IMG/VR virus record: IMGVR_UViG_3300048848_000241
Span: 1 to 44,060 of that record
Length of the DNA: 44,060 bases
Strand: one strand, 5' to 3'
Origin: a virus
Taxonomy: Duplodnaviria; Caudoviricetes
Shown here: piece by piece, positions 8,458-18,341 of the stretch
Layout of the letters: each line of letters opens with the position of its first letter
How positions within the stretch are numbered: the first letter of the stretch is position 1
Notes under the pieces: model-generated
What the model saw: the letters and a program-made list of their open reading frames with translations, nothing else
The model's database searches: none
What the model was told of the DNA's origin: nothing
Made by a program: the position numbers and the translations under genes

Positions 8458-11252
8458 CGCCCAACCCCCTGAGTTCCAAGTTTCGCGCTGACCGCGTCAT
8501 AGGTACTGCCATCTCCCAGGAAGTTGGCAATCCATAGCCTGATGAATCTCTCACCTCCTTCCTCTGTCTCCTGCATCTGTCCTGCGCGAGACTTGTCCTC
8601 AATGACTTGCACGACCACGCCGCCGCCTTGGGCCACGCTGACCTTGCTGGATCCGCCGCCGGTGCTGACGCGCTCGCCGGAGTTGATCGCCTCGAGCAAG
8701 GCCCGGTTGCGCCGGGTAGCCGCCGCATTGATGACGAACTCGCCGTTACTGAGGTTCGCAGGGATGCTGTCCGAGGTTGCTGTGCCAGGCCCGCGCACAT
8801 ACCCGCCCGTAGCCAGATTCAGGCCGACCGATTGGATGTTCCCGACAATGGAGGCCGTCGCAGCCGCTACCGTCGCCATTGCTGCCAGGTTGAGCGGGAA
8901 GGGGTTTGCGGCGGCCATCGCAATGCCTGTCTGGATGCTGACAAGGGCTTGCGCAATGGATGCCGCTTTCTGGACTGCGAAGATCGCCTTGTAGGCAGCC
9001 GATTGCTCGCCCGCGAAGGTGCCCACAATTCCGCTTAGGTCGCTGAAAATGCCCTCAGCCAGCGACAGGCGAGCAGCGTTGATTGCCCGGTCATTGCTCA
9101 GCGTGTCTTCTTTGCGCTTGGCCTCAAGCTGGCGGATCGCCTCGTCATACTGAGCAGCGTTCTCGACCTCAAGCTGCCGGTACTGCTGGTACATCGATAT
9201 GCGCTGGTCATACCAAAGCTGCAGCTGCTCATTTTCCTTGGTGATGCGGGCCAGCTCAGATCCTGCGCCGCCGATCACAGCATCGATGTTCGATGCCCCC
9301 GGACTGCCGGCGAATATCTGCTTGTTGAGGTCGCTGTCGATTCCAGCCTGAGCGATTTTGCCTGCAGGCCCCTGTATGCCGGTCGCGGCAGTCTTTTTCG
9401 CGTACAGCTCAGCAAGGCTGTTGCCTTTGACGTACTGCTCGTTGATCTGCTGCAGCCTGGCCAGGTGCTCGTCAGCGCCCTGCACCACTGCGCTGTAGTT
9501 CATGGATGCCTGGGCAAGGCCCTTGCTGTACTCGTCTTGGCTGATCTTGCCCTTGTCCAAGGCCAGCTGTAGCTGGGCTTGCTCCTTGGTCAGGTTGCGC
9601 GCCGCCTGGGCTGCTGGGTCGTACTGGGCGTACAGGCGGGCGAAGGTGTTCTGCGCCTCAGCGACGCCGCGGTTGTCAGCCTTCGGCGTCTTGGCCTTGT
9701 CCTTTTTGGCTTCGCGCTCCTTGATGTCCGCGATTTCCTGCTCGATGTTCTTGCGAGCGGCTGCGTACTTCGTTTCCTCGGCCGCGGTGTAGCCGCCTGC
9801 CTTCTGGGCGTCTGCGCGCGCCTTATCGAGGTCTGTTAGATCCTTCTGCAGTCTTTGGGTCTGGGTCAGGCTGCTCTTGTAGGCGGAATTGATCGCCTCG
9901 ATTGCCGCGACCCCGGCCTTGTTTACGGCCTGCTGCTTTTTCTGCTCTTCAAGGGTTTGGCGCTCCAGGTCGAGCTTGTCCTGGCGTAGCTTCAGCTCCT
10001 TCTCAATCTCAGTGATGCGATTTCTGGTGGAGTCATCCTCAAAGCCCGTATCAAGCAGGCTATTCCGGTAGGCCAGCTCTTGCTGCAGCCTGGTAATCGC
10101 AACGCCTTCGCTCTCAACTGACTTGCGACCGATGCTGGCGAATACGTCGAACACCTCATTGGCGGCCGACTTGATGTTCTTCCAGCCGCGCTCGATGCTG
10201 CCGAGATTCTCATTGATGGTGCGTGTGCGCTCCCCCATGGCATTGGCGAAGGTTCGCTCAGCCAGGTCGACGGCACCGACGGTGTCGCCCTGATCCTTGA
10301 GCGCGCGGATCTGCGCGTAAACCGAGGCGGTCAGGAAGTTGTACTGGCCATCCAGCTCGACAATGGCCGATACCGGGTCCTTGCCCAGCTTGACGAACTC
10401 AGCAATGGTGTCGCTCACGGCCTTGCCGGTAACGCGCTGCATTTCAATGGCGGTGCTCGAGATCAGCTCGAAGTTGCCTACGGTGTTTTTGCCTGCGCTC
10501 ACCAGCTGGGTCAGCGCGCCAGCGGCATCGCCGAATGTTCCGCCAGCAACGTCGATAGCCTGGGCCATGGCTATCAGCTGGGCCTCAGATGCTGAAGCAG
10601 AGTTGCCGGTTAGGATCAGGCTATTGCGCAGCGCATCTGACTGTTCCGACCCCTTGTAGTAGCCGAGCGCCAGGGCGCCCGCTGCCGCCGCGGCCAAGGT
10701 GAAGGGGTTCACCAGGCCCAGTATGTAGCCGCCCATGGCCTGGGCCGCGGGCCCGATTCCGCCGAACATGTCCTTGAGCTGACCGCCCTGCTGCAGCAGC
10801 ACTGTCAGCGGGGCCTGGCCGCCTTGGAGGCTGACGGCGATGTCGGTGAATTGCGCGGGTAGCATGCGCAGGTTGTTCTGCATGGCCTTGGCCGACATGC
10901 CAGCGTTGTTCATGCCCTGGGCGGTTTCGCCAAGTGCGTCGCGCATGGTGTTGATGCGCTGGGTGTACTCGACGAAGGTGTCGCTTTCTACAATGCCGGC
11001 CTTCTTGAACTTGGCCAGCTTCTCTTGCATGTCGTCCAGACGGCCCAGCGCTGCGGTCGTCGGGTTGATCTGGCCCAGCAGCTGGGTGAGCGCTTTGCGC
11101 TGATCATCCAGGCTATCGGACACGCCCTCTGCCGATGATGCTGCTGCATCGCCAGCCCGCCCCATCTGCTGGAGCGACCCGGTAAGGTCGTCCGCATTGC
11201 GCTTGGCGCCGCGGGAGTCGATCGTTACCGCAAGGCGGGATTCCTGCGCCAT
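8454..11252 (-). CDS. Tail tape measure protein
   Basis: 932 aa Ala-rich helical; lambda-type LPAQFTDIAVSLQGGQ..LLQQGGQLKDMFGG motif. Confidence 0.93.
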   Translation of the reverse strand: MAQESRLAVTIDSRGAKRNADDLTGSLQQMGRAGDAAASSAEGVSDSLDDQRKALTQLLGQINPTTAALGRLDDMQEKLAKFKKAGIVESDTFVEYTQRINTMRDALGETAQGMNNAGMSAKAMQNNLRMLPAQFTDIAVSLQGGQAPLTVLLQQGGQLKDMFGGIGPAAQAMGGYILGLVNPFTLAAAAAGALALGYYKGSEQSDALRNSLILTGNSASASEAQLIAMAQAIDVAGGTFGDAAGALTQLVSAGKNTVGNFELISSTAIEMQRVTGKAVSDTIAEFVKLGKDPVSAIVELDGQYNFLTASVYAQIRALKDQGDTVGAVDLAERTFANAMGERTRTINENLGSIERGWKNIKSAANEVFDVFASIGRKSVESEGVAITRLQQELAYRNSLLDTGFEDDSTRNRITEIEKELKLRQDKLDLERQTLEEQKKQQAVNKAGVAAIEAINSAYKSSLTQTQRLQKDLTDLDKARADAQKAGGYTAAEETKYAAARKNIEQEIADIKEREAKKDKAKTPKADNRGVAEAQNTFARLYAQYDPAAQAARNLTKEQAQLQLALDKGKISQDEYSKGLAQASMNYSAVVQGADEHLARLQQINEQYVKGNSLAELYAKKTAATGIQGPAGKIAQAGIDSDLNKQIFAGSPGASNIDAVIGGAGSELARITKENEQLQLWYDQRISMYQQYRQLEVENAAQYDEAIRQLEAKRKEDTLSNDRAINAARLSLAEGIFSDLSGIVGTFAGEQSAAYKAIFAVQKAASIAQALVSIQTGIAMAAANPFPLNLAAMATVAAATASIVGNIQSVGLNLATGGYVRGPGTATSDSIPANLSNGEFVINAAATRRNRALLEAINSGERVSTGGGSSKVSVAQGGGVVVQVIEDKSRAGQMQETEEGGERFIRLWIANFLGDGSTYDAVSAKLGTQGVGR

Positions 11253-11268
11253 AGCATTCTCCGGGCAT

Positions 11269-11293
11269 AAAAAAACCCGCCGGAGCGGGTTGT
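11269..11293 (-). terminator. Intrinsic terminator after the moron
   Basis: AACCCGC-TCCG-GCGGGTT followed by a T tract. Confidence 0.75.
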
Positions 11294-11294
11294 G

Positions 11295-11603
11295 TTATTT
11301 CAGTGGCTCTATTAAGTGCCTGTAGCACTCGCCGTATGCGCTGTTTCTGAAGTCCGAAACGGCCTTTTCCTTCCCTGCCGAGCTTGCCGCGACCGGCGCC
11401 TCGTATGCCTTTACAACCATCGAGTTCGAGAATTTGCTCTGGTCTCCCACGGAAGACATTGCATCCTCAAGGAGATCCCCGTTCTGCCGGGCCTCCATTG
11501 CTTCTCCAGCCATGGCAGATATTTTCTTGCAAGTGGCCTGGCCATCTGCAGCCAGCGCAGGGCCGGCAAGGGAAATCAGGGCGACGAACAGTATCTTTTT
11601 CAA
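11295..11603 (-). CDS. Exported small protein, moron in the tail operon
   Basis: Sec signal MKKILFVALISLAGPALA, two Cys, GGAGG RBS, own terminator. Confidence 0.75.
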   Translation of the reverse strand: MKKILFVALISLAGPALAADGQATCKKISAMAGEAMEARQNGDLLEDAMSSVGDQSKFSNSMVVKAYEAPVAASSAGKEKAVSDFRNSAYGECYRHLIEPLK

Positions 11604-11652
11604 ATGGATCCTCCTTGGTTGGCCCGAAATCTACCATCGCCAACCAAGTGCG

Positions 11653-12027
11653 TCATCGCTTCTTCTTGGGCTGGGCCTTCTCGGCCTGCTTGCGATCGCG
11701 CTCCTGCTGCTCCTCCCAGTCCGCTCGGAACTGGTCATCCAGGGCGAAGATCGCGGCTTCGAACTCTTCGCGGCATATCGCTGAGGGGTAGCGAGCCAGG
11801 TGGTCATGGACAGCCCCGGGCGAGATTGGTGCAGGTGCGCCGGCCATGCCGACATACTGGCGGGATCTGCTGATTGACCCGTAGGCCTCCAGCACCTCGA
11901 CCGTCACGTCGTCGATCTCGGGAGGCTCAGGAACCTTGCCCGACAACCGCTCCTGCTTCCACCGCTTCTTCTCGTTGGCTGGTCCTGCCCACTCGCGCCC
12001 CCAGACGTATGCCGCTACTGCTTTTCC
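11653..12027 (-). CDS. Tail assembly chaperone frameshift extension (gpT-like)
   Basis: -1 frame ORF GKAVAAYVWGREW.. entered at GGAAAAG; lies between gpG-like and tape measure genes. Confidence 0.8.
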   Translation of the reverse strand, partial: GKAVAAYVWGREWAGPANEKKRWKQERLSGKVPEPPEIDDVTVEVLEAYGSISRSRQYVGMAGAPAPISPGAVHDHLARYPSAICREEFEAAIFALDDQFRADWEEQQERDRKQAEKAQPKKKR

Positions 12028-12458
12028 GCGGTGGCGGCTGCCTGCTCCTCGACGCGCTTGGCGATATCGACGGCAGTGCGCAGGGCCAGGAAGTACACCT
12101 CTGGCATCTGCTCGATCAGGGCCTTGCACAGCTCAGGGCTGTAGGCGACTGGCTCGCCTGGGCGCCCCTCCACGTCCACGCCCTCCCACCCCTTGATCAG
12201 GTGGCGGGCGGCCAGGTCGACGAACATGTCATCGTCCGACTCGAACTCCACTCCCGGGATGGTGCTCACGTTGAATTCAGTGGTGCCCACGCCGGTCTGC
12301 TGGTTGATCGCGGCCAGGTGGCGGCGGATCAGCGCTTGGTGGGACTTGTAGATGGGGTTGGCGATGGAGCCCACCAGGATCTTGGCGCCCGGGGCGAACT
12401 CTACCCAGCGCTCGCCGTTGATATCCAGCTCAGGCTTCTTTGCAATGGTGATGCCCAT
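12015..12458 (-). CDS. Tail assembly chaperone (gpG-like)
   Basis: 147 aa after the tail tube gene, ends in a slippery site. Confidence 0.82.
   Translation of the reverse strand: MGITIAKKPELDINGERWVEFAPGAKILVGSIANPIYKSHQALIRRHLAAINQQTGVGTTEFNVSTIPGVEFESDDDMFVDLAARHLIKGWEGVDVEGRPGEPVAYSPELCKALIEQMPEVYFLALRTAVDIAKRVEEQAAATAEKQ
12021..12027 (-). other. Programmed -1 frameshift slippery site G-GAA-AAG
   Basis: GCG GAA AAG CAG TAG at the end of the chaperone gene; the -1 frame is open for about 120 codons. Confidence 0.75.
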
Positions 12459-12515
12459 GGTATTCCTCTGCGGTAAAAGGCCCGACGCGCACCGCAGGGC
12501 ACGCCAGGCGAAAGG

Positions 12516-13685
12516 TTAAACGGTGACGGTGATCTCGGCGGTGTCGGTCTTGGTGCCGTCTGCCACGCTGGATGCCGTGATGGTTGCAGTGCCCGCGCCT
12601 ACGCCAGTAACCAGGCCGGTAGCGCTGACGCTGGCCACGGATGCGTCGGAACTGGTCCAGGTCATCAGCTGGTTCGAGCCCACAGGGGCAACGGTCGATT
12701 CGAGATCAACGGTCTCGCCCACTGCGATGCTGGCCGTGGCCGGGGTGACGGTCACCGCGGTGATCGCCGTCGCGCCAGGCAGGCGGGTGATGGTCGGCGG
12801 CACGCGGCGGCCGGTGTAGCTCAGTTCGACCTGGATGATGTCGGTCGCCCCGCCGTCCGGCCAGTCGCCGCTCACTTCCATCTCAGGAATGAAGAAGGTG
12901 TAGCCGCCGTCGGCATTGCTCAGGGTGAACTCGAAGCTCAGGGCATCGCCGTTCTGCTGCGCTTTCCAGAACTCGTAGGCGGTGCGTGACCAGCTCAGCG
13001 TGATGCTGCCCGACGGAGTGAAGGTGGTCGGGATGATGTTGCCGGCGAAGGCGTTGCCGTTGCCGATGCAGCGCTGGGTCTGCACATCGTTGTCGAATTC
13101 AAGGTTGAAGCTGTCCACGCAGGCGTTGTCGTCGCCCAGCTGGATGCCGTTGATCTTGAGTCCGGCGACATCCTTGAAGCCGTAGCGGCGCTGGTTGGCC
13201 TCGGGCTGCGGGTTGACGATGTAGGACGTGCCATCGGCCTTGTCGGTCCAGTAGGTGGCCGCGAAGGTGGTGGTGACGGTGATCTCGTTGTCGTTCGGGA
13301 TCTCGAAGTTCATGGTCGCGACCTGGGCACCGCGGGCGACTGCGCCGACACCGATGTCGCTGGCGAACGAGCCCAGCGAGAAGGTGATGCGGTCGTTGCC
13401 CATGGTCAGGGTGTTGCCTACCCAGTCAGCGCCGAAGCACGACGCCATGAACTCGTCCAGCGCGCCGAAGCGCAGCTTGGTTTCGATGTCGCCGCCGACG
13501 TCCACGGTGGTCTGGGCGGTGCCCTGGGCCATCCGGTCGACGCCGATCTCGTTGTTTTCCTCGGTGTTGTAGGTCGGCAGCAGGCCGAAGCTGACGCGGG
13601 TGAGGATGTTCCAGTTGCCTGGCGGGGTGACGCCCGGCGTGATTTCGCGTTTCCAGGCGGTTGAGACCTTGGCACCACTGGACAT
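12516..13685 (-). CDS. Major tail tube protein with C-terminal Ig-like (Big_2) domain
   Basis: MSSGAKV N-terminus; C-terminal VTVTPATASIAVGETV..WTSSDASVASVSATGLVTGV. Confidence 0.9.
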   Translation of the reverse strand: MSSGAKVSTAWKREITPGVTPPGNWNILTRVSFGLLPTYNTEENNEIGVDRMAQGTAQTTVDVGGDIETKLRFGALDEFMASCFGADWVGNTLTMGNDRITFSLGSFASDIGVGAVARGAQVATMNFEIPNDNEITVTTTFAATYWTDKADGTSYIVNPQPEANQRRYGFKDVAGLKINGIQLGDDNACVDSFNLEFDNDVQTQRCIGNGNAFAGNIIPTTFTPSGSITLSWSRTAYEFWKAQQNGDALSFEFTLSNADGGYTFFIPEMEVSGDWPDGGATDIIQVELSYTGRRVPPTITRLPGATAITAVTVTPATASIAVGETVDLESTVAPVGSNQLMTWTSSDASVASVSATGLVTGVGAGTATITASSVADGTKTDTAEITVTV

Positions 13686-13746
13686 GGGGTGTTTCTCCTA
13701 TCGATAGGCGTAAAAAAACCGCCATGTGGCGGTGGATGGATAGGGC

Positions 13747-14154
13747 TCAGTAGGCCCGGTATGGGATCGAAATGTTGACCTGCCACCAGCCATTGCCTTC
13801 ATCGCCAATGACGCTGGCCGATGCGGCGAAGCACTCGAACTGGGCGTCGGGCGCGGTGTAGAACTGGAAGTGGCTGACCAGGGTGTCGGCGGCGCGGGTG
13901 ATGGCCAGCGTGCCGGTGTTGCTGCGCACGAACAGTTGCACCACGACGATGCCGGTTCGCCGCACGCATGGGCCGATGCCGATCTCTGGCGTGCTGGACA
14001 GGCCTGACACGTCGGCCAGACGGGCCCAGATGGATTTGCCGGATGGATCGAACGGGCCTTTCGGGTTGTTTGGGTAGTCGACGGCGTCAGCGGGGATCCC
14101 CGCCCACTCTGTCATGCGGCCGATGATGACGGCGCGGATCTGTTCGAAGGTCAT
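13747..14154 (-). CDS. Tail terminator-like protein
   Basis: Synteny, 135 aa, WWQVNISIPY C-terminus. Confidence 0.7.
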   Translation of the reverse strand: MTFEQIRAVIIGRMTEWAGIPADAVDYPNNPKGPFDPSGKSIWARLADVSGLSSTPEIGIGPCVRRTGIVVVQLFVRSNTGTLAITRAADTLVSHFQFYTAPDAQFECFAASASVIGDEGNGWWQVNISIPYRAY

Positions 14155-14543
14155 GAGCTATAGGCCTGTGACACGCCATTGAACGACACCGCGTAGATGC
14201 CTCCGGGCGCCTGCTTGGAGTGGCCGTCTTCAAGCCTGCCGGCATACGGCAGGTTGTTCTGGATGAAGACCTGCGTGAACGGCTCCAGGCCGCTGACCGC
14301 TGATACACCACGGCTGATGGTTTCGCCGCCGCTCTTGTCGAGGCTTGCCGACTCGGCATAGACCGGGGAGCCCACGCTAACGATGTTGTTGCCTCGGAAG
14401 CGTCCAGTGTCGACCGGCGACCGCAAGACGATCTCGTTGAGCATCGCAATGGCGATCACCCGCACGCGCTTGCTCAGTTCCTCCTCGACCACGCCAGCGA
14501 ACAGGCTGGGTGGTGTGCTCCAGCCTCTCTTGGCCATGGTCAC
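14151..14543 (-). CDS. HK97 gp10-like tail completion protein
   Basis: SPVDTGRFR and NNLPYAGRLEDGHS motifs. Confidence 0.82.
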   Translation of the reverse strand: MTMAKRGWSTPPSLFAGVVEEELSKRVRVIAIAMLNEIVLRSPVDTGRFRGNNIVSVGSPVYAESASLDKSGGETISRGVSAVSGLEPFTQVFIQNNLPYAGRLEDGHSKQAPGGIYAVSFNGVSQAYSS

Positions 14544-14920
14544 TTCCTCAGTTGGAGCTCGTAATGCGCCTTCGCCGGATCGATGCCGGGATTGACGATG
14601 CGGTACGTGACCGGCTCGCCAGTGAGCAGGTCGTCGACCATGATCTGGTGGCCAACTGCCGGAATGCCGCTAGTTTCGTTCGCCACGCAGATCAGCAGCA
14701 CATCGCCCACCAGGATGTTGATGTTGTCGATGCGCCGGCTGTCGTAGCTGTCCAGCACGCCGCGCCCGGTGTAGGTGATCGTCAGGGCGGTCGTGGTCTC
14801 GTTGACCGGATCCCACTCGCCGGGACCGGTGTAGCTGCCCGTAAATGGCTGGACTGCATCGGCCAGGTCATCGTCGAAGGCTGCGGCCAGGTCGACCTGG
14901 ATGTCATCACGCAATCCCAT
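14540..14920 (-). CDS. Head closure/head-tail joining protein
   Basis: Synteny, 126 aa, DPA..YELQLRK end. Confidence 0.7.
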   Translation of the reverse strand: MGLRDDIQVDLAAAFDDDLADAVQPFTGSYTGPGEWDPVNETTTALTITYTGRGVLDSYDSRRIDNINILVGDVLLICVANETSGIPAVGHQIMVDDLLTGEPVTYRIVNPGIDPAKAHYELQLRK

Positions 14921-14922
14921 GG

Positions 14923-15315
14923 CTACCCCCGGCTCACGACGAAGGAGAACGGGTTGCTGCGCCAGGGCGTCAGCAGGGCCAGCGCGAACTGGATGCCCTC
15001 GGCCTGGGCGCTTGAACTGGAGCGATCGAGCGAGGCATAGGTGCGGCTGGTCGATACCGATCCGGCCTTCACCGTCTTGGCCTCGAGCGATCCTTCCGTC
15101 TGCTGCTGGTACAGCTTGCCGTCGGCGGCGACCTTAGCCAACTGCGCCCCGGCCTGCATCACCTCGTCCGGCATGGCCGCCATGTCTATTCCAGACAGGT
15201 TCAGCGCCGTGAGGTATGCGTTGGCCTGCATGACCGCCAGCGATTTCTTGTCCTCGCTGGTCCACGTCGCACCCAGGAGGGAGTCGACGTCAGCAACGGT
15301 GATGTAGGTAGCCAT
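14923..15315 (-). CDS. Head-tail adaptor protein
   Basis: YITVADVD N-terminus, synteny. Confidence 0.7.
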   Translation of the reverse strand: MATYITVADVDSLLGATWTSEDKKSLAVMQANAYLTALNLSGIDMAAMPDEVMQAGAQLAKVAADGKLYQQQTEGSLEAKTVKAGSVSTSRTYASLDRSSSSAQAEGIQFALALLTPWRSNPFSFVVSRG

Positions 15316-15354
15316 CAGGCCTCCGCTTGAATGAGTGGGGCCGAAGCCCCGGTG

Positions 15355-15570
15355 TTACTTGGTGATGGTCTTGCTGGCTTTCTTGGCTTCGGTGTTTTCG
15401 CCACCGCCGTTGTTGCGAGCTGCGGCTTCGTCCGATTCGGTGCGCACCGAGTCAACGCCACCGGTCTCGCCCACGGTCCGTGGGCCTACGGTGATGTTGC
15501 CCGGGGTGCCGCCGAAGCCCCAGCGGGCCTTGTCGTTCGGGTCGATGTGCTTGTCTTTTTCAACAGCCAT
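15355..15570 (-). CDS. Small hypothetical virion-associated protein
   Basis: 71 aa, AGGAG RBS, in the head operon. Confidence 0.65.
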   Translation of the reverse strand: MAVEKDKHIDPNDKARWGFGGTPGNITVGPRTVGETGGVDSVRTESDEAAARNNGGGENTEAKKASKTITK

Positions 15571-15580
15571 GATGGTTCTC

Positions 15581-16498
15581 CTATGCGCCGAAGGCGATCA
15601 TGCGGAATTCAGTGCCGGCAGGTGCCGGGCCGAATGGGCTGCCGTTCAGCAGCAGCGTTCCTGTGGATTGCATTACCGTGATGTTGCAGCCGGTCGGGGT
15701 GACCTCGCTGGCCACGCCGATGACCATCTGCTGGCTTTTCCAGATGGGTGATGGCTGGACCACTGGCGGCGCGGCGTATGCCTTGGCGAACTTCACTGCG
15801 ACCTTGGCGCCCGCGGTTACCACGTTGCCGGTGATCACTTCGGGCTGAGCACCGGCGGAACCTTGAGGGCCAGCGGGTCCGGTTGCGCCTGTGGCTCCGG
15901 TCTCGCCTTTGGCTCCAGCAGGCCCAGCAGGACCTTGTGGTCCGGCATCACCCTTGTCGCCTTTGTCACCCTTGGCCCCGGTTGGTCCCGGCGCACCAGC
16001 AGGGCCAAAATCACCCTTGCTGCCAGTGGCGCCATTCTCGCCCTTCTCACCAGTTGGGCCTGGATCACCCTGCGGGCCAGCAGGCCCCATAGCGCCAGGC
16101 TGCCCGGTGATGCCCTGAGGACCAGGCATGCCAGCAGGACCAACGGGACCGGGGCTGCCCACGGGGCCGGACATGCCGGGGTTCCCTTGGTCGCCCTTCG
16201 CGCCCGCGTCTCCCCGCTCACCAGCAGGGCCCGCTTCGCCCCGGTCGCCTTTCGGGCCGGGAGGGCCAGCAGGACCGGTCGCAGCCTGTTGAGGCAGTTC
16301 AGCAAGATCCATGATCTCGCGCCAAGCCGTCTCGTCGGACCACTTCCATTGCAGGTTCTGCTGGCCATCCACCTGGAACTGCAGCGTTCGCGCGCCCTGA
16401 CGCCGAATCATCGTGACGATGTCGGTGTAGAGCTTCCCGAGGCTGTAGCGGTATGGGATGCGCCCGCCCACCATGAGCGGGTCTTGTTCGTCTGCCAT
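15581..16498 (-). CDS. Collagen-like protein (putative head fibre)
   Basis: 48 consecutive Gly-X-Y triplets (15845-16276) between globular ends; AAGGAGG RBS. Confidence 0.88.
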   Translation of the reverse strand: MADEQDPLMVGGRIPYRYSLGKLYTDIVTMIRRQGARTLQFQVDGQQNLQWKWSDETAWREIMDLAELPQQAATGPAGPPGPKGDRGEAGPAGERGDAGAKGDQGNPGMSGPVGSPGPVGPAGMPGPQGITGQPGAMGPAGPQGDPGPTGEKGENGATGSKGDFGPAGAPGPTGAKGDKGDKGDAGPQGPAGPAGAKGETGATGATGPAGPQGSAGAQPEVITGNVVTAGAKVAVKFAKAYAAPPVVQPSPIWKSQQMVIGVASEVTPTGCNITVMQSTGTLLLNGSPFGPAPAGTEFRMIAFGA

Positions 16499-16531
16499 GT
16501 TGCCTCCTTCGCTCCGGTTGCCCGGCGCTTG

Positions 16532-17551
16532 TTAGGCGGTCACGGTGGAAGTGACGAATGCCAGCGGCACCTGCTTGCGGTCGAACTTGCGTTCCCAGTT
16601 GGTAGCCAGGGCCAGGTCAGCCCAGTTCGCCGACACGGGGCGGCTGGTGGTTGGGGTGCCGGTGATGGTGGTGCCGCTGAACGAGTAGCCCAGCGGATGG
16701 ATCACGAAGTTGCGGCGGCTCCACAGGGTTTCTGTGCCGCCACCGTTGCCGCGGTCAGGCGCGCGCTCGTACTCGAGGCCGTCTTCGCCTGGCGGGGTTT
16801 CCTCGGCGAAGCCCAGGGCGCCCGGGCCGAAGATGACCGACAGGTAACGAGCCTCGGCACCTTCGCCGATCACCGGCATGGAGTCGTCAACCACGACGCG
16901 CATACCCTGGAAGCGACCGAACTCAGGGATCTGGTCAGCAATCGGGGTGAAGTCGATCAGGTTGAGAATCTGCAGCTCGGTCTGCACGGCGGAGTGCATG
17001 GCGATGACGCTCAGGCCGCCCAGCTGGCCGGAGTAGTCGCCCATGGTGGCCTTGGCGCGGATGATGGCTGCGGCGTTGATGGTGCCGCCTGCGTCCACGA
17101 CCATGTCGCCGCCATTGCTGGCCACGTTGTCGTTGTAGATGCCGATGGTGGTGGCGATGGCTCGACGTTGAGCCACTCGACGCCAGTAGCTCAGCAGGCG
17201 ACCTGCGACGAATTCCAGCGGATCCTGGTTGGTGATGTTCTTCACCAGGTTCATCGCGTTCCAGCCTTCGTTGAGGTAGGCGGCGCGCGCTTGCATGGAG
17301 GCGCTGGTGACCGACAGCGGCACCGCGATGTCGGTGTACACGTCGTTCGAGTAGTTCGACTCGATGGACGCATCCAGGTCGACCCACCACGGAATGGTGA
17401 AGGTGTTCGACGGGCTGGCCAGCAGGGTCGACATGTCGTTGTTGCTGGTCAGGATGCCAGACTCGAAGAAGGCGGTGCGCTCGACGGAGTTGACGGTGAT
17501 GTAGTCGCGCAGCTCGTCGCGGAAGACTACGTCGGAAAGAATGGTTGGCAT
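16532..17551 (-). CDS. Major capsid protein
   Basis: 339 aa after the scaffold gene; strong codon bias; ends NWERKFDRKQVPLA. Confidence 0.9.
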   Translation of the reverse strand: MPTILSDVVFRDELRDYITVNSVERTAFFESGILTSNNDMSTLLASPSNTFTIPWWVDLDASIESNYSNDVYTDIAVPLSVTSASMQARAAYLNEGWNAMNLVKNITNQDPLEFVAGRLLSYWRRVAQRRAIATTIGIYNDNVASNGGDMVVDAGGTINAAAIIRAKATMGDYSGQLGGLSVIAMHSAVQTELQILNLIDFTPIADQIPEFGRFQGMRVVVDDSMPVIGEGAEARYLSVIFGPGALGFAEETPPGEDGLEYERAPDRGNGGGTETLWSRRNFVIHPLGYSFSGTTITGTPTTSRPVSANWADLALATNWERKFDRKQVPLAFVTSTVTA

Positions 17552-17563
17552 TGCAGATTTCCT

Positions 17564-18256
17564 TTACTTGGCCTGGGCAGCGGCCTTCAGGCGCGCATGC
17601 TCGGCGGGGTCGTTTCGGCGGAGTTCAACTTTCTCCATGCCGGTCATTTGGTCCCACGTTTTGGTGGCCCCGCCACCCTTGCCGCCTGCGGCCCCGCCGC
17701 CATTGGCTTGAGAACCGCGCACCAGGGATGCGTAACGCGGCTCCTTCTGAAACTCTTTCCCGAGGTCTTCCAGGCTGGAAACGGTGAGGTTTCCGCCGGC
17801 ATCGGTGACACGTACCTGACCGTCGACAATACGCAGACGGCGCTCGATGAACTCGGCGAGGATCTCGGCGTTCGGGCCGTCGGCGATGGCAGTGGCCACC
17901 TTGGCAGCCGATGCGTTGAGGTCGCGCTTCTCGATGCTGGCAGTGAGGTCGGCAAGTCGCTGCCGCTCTGCTGCCAGGGTCTGCTCGCTCGATGCGTAGA
18001 GCTGCTCGTAGTCGCCCCGGGCCTTGGCCGCGTCGAGCTCCTTCTGGGTCAGCTGGTCCTGCGCCTCACGCGCCTTGCGCTTGGCCTCCTTCGCCTCGTC
18101 CAGCAGGGTCTGGTTCTGGCGCTTCAGGCCTTCCACGTCCTCGGACTGGGGCAAGCCCTCTACCGCGAGCACGTACTGGTCACCCTGGGCCCGGTACAGC
18201 GCCTGCAGGGCTGGTTCGAGTGCGTCGAATGCTGCTTTGTCGATCTGGTATTTCAT
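17564..18256 (-). CDS. Capsid scaffolding protein
   Basis: Coiled coil with a Gly-rich linker near the C-terminus; upstream of the capsid gene. Confidence 0.8.
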   Translation of the reverse strand: MKYQIDKAAFDALEPALQALYRAQGDQYVLAVEGLPQSEDVEGLKRQNQTLLDEAKEAKRKAREAQDQLTQKELDAAKARGDYEQLYASSEQTLAAERQRLADLTASIEKRDLNASAAKVATAIADGPNAEILAEFIERRLRIVDGQVRVTDAGGNLTVSSLEDLGKEFQKEPRYASLVRGSQANGGGAAGGKGGGATKTWDQMTGMEKVELRRNDPAEHARLKAAAQAK

Positions 18257-18298
18257 GTCATCCCCCGGATGATTTGCCGTTGGCTCAGCCGCGGGCGT

Positions 18299-18324
18299 AA
18301 AAAAACCGGCTCATGGCCGGCTAG
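18299..18324 (-). terminator. Intrinsic terminator after the acb2-like gene
   Basis: GCCGG-CCATGAG-CCGGT stem followed by a T tract. Confidence 0.65.
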
Positions 18325-18341
18325 GTGTTCGGATATCGCTG

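Noticed and set aside
15845-16276. 9-bp periodic repeats resembling a tandem array or CRISPR
   Set aside because: Explained by Gly-X-Y collagen codons; no repeat-spacer structure and no cas genes
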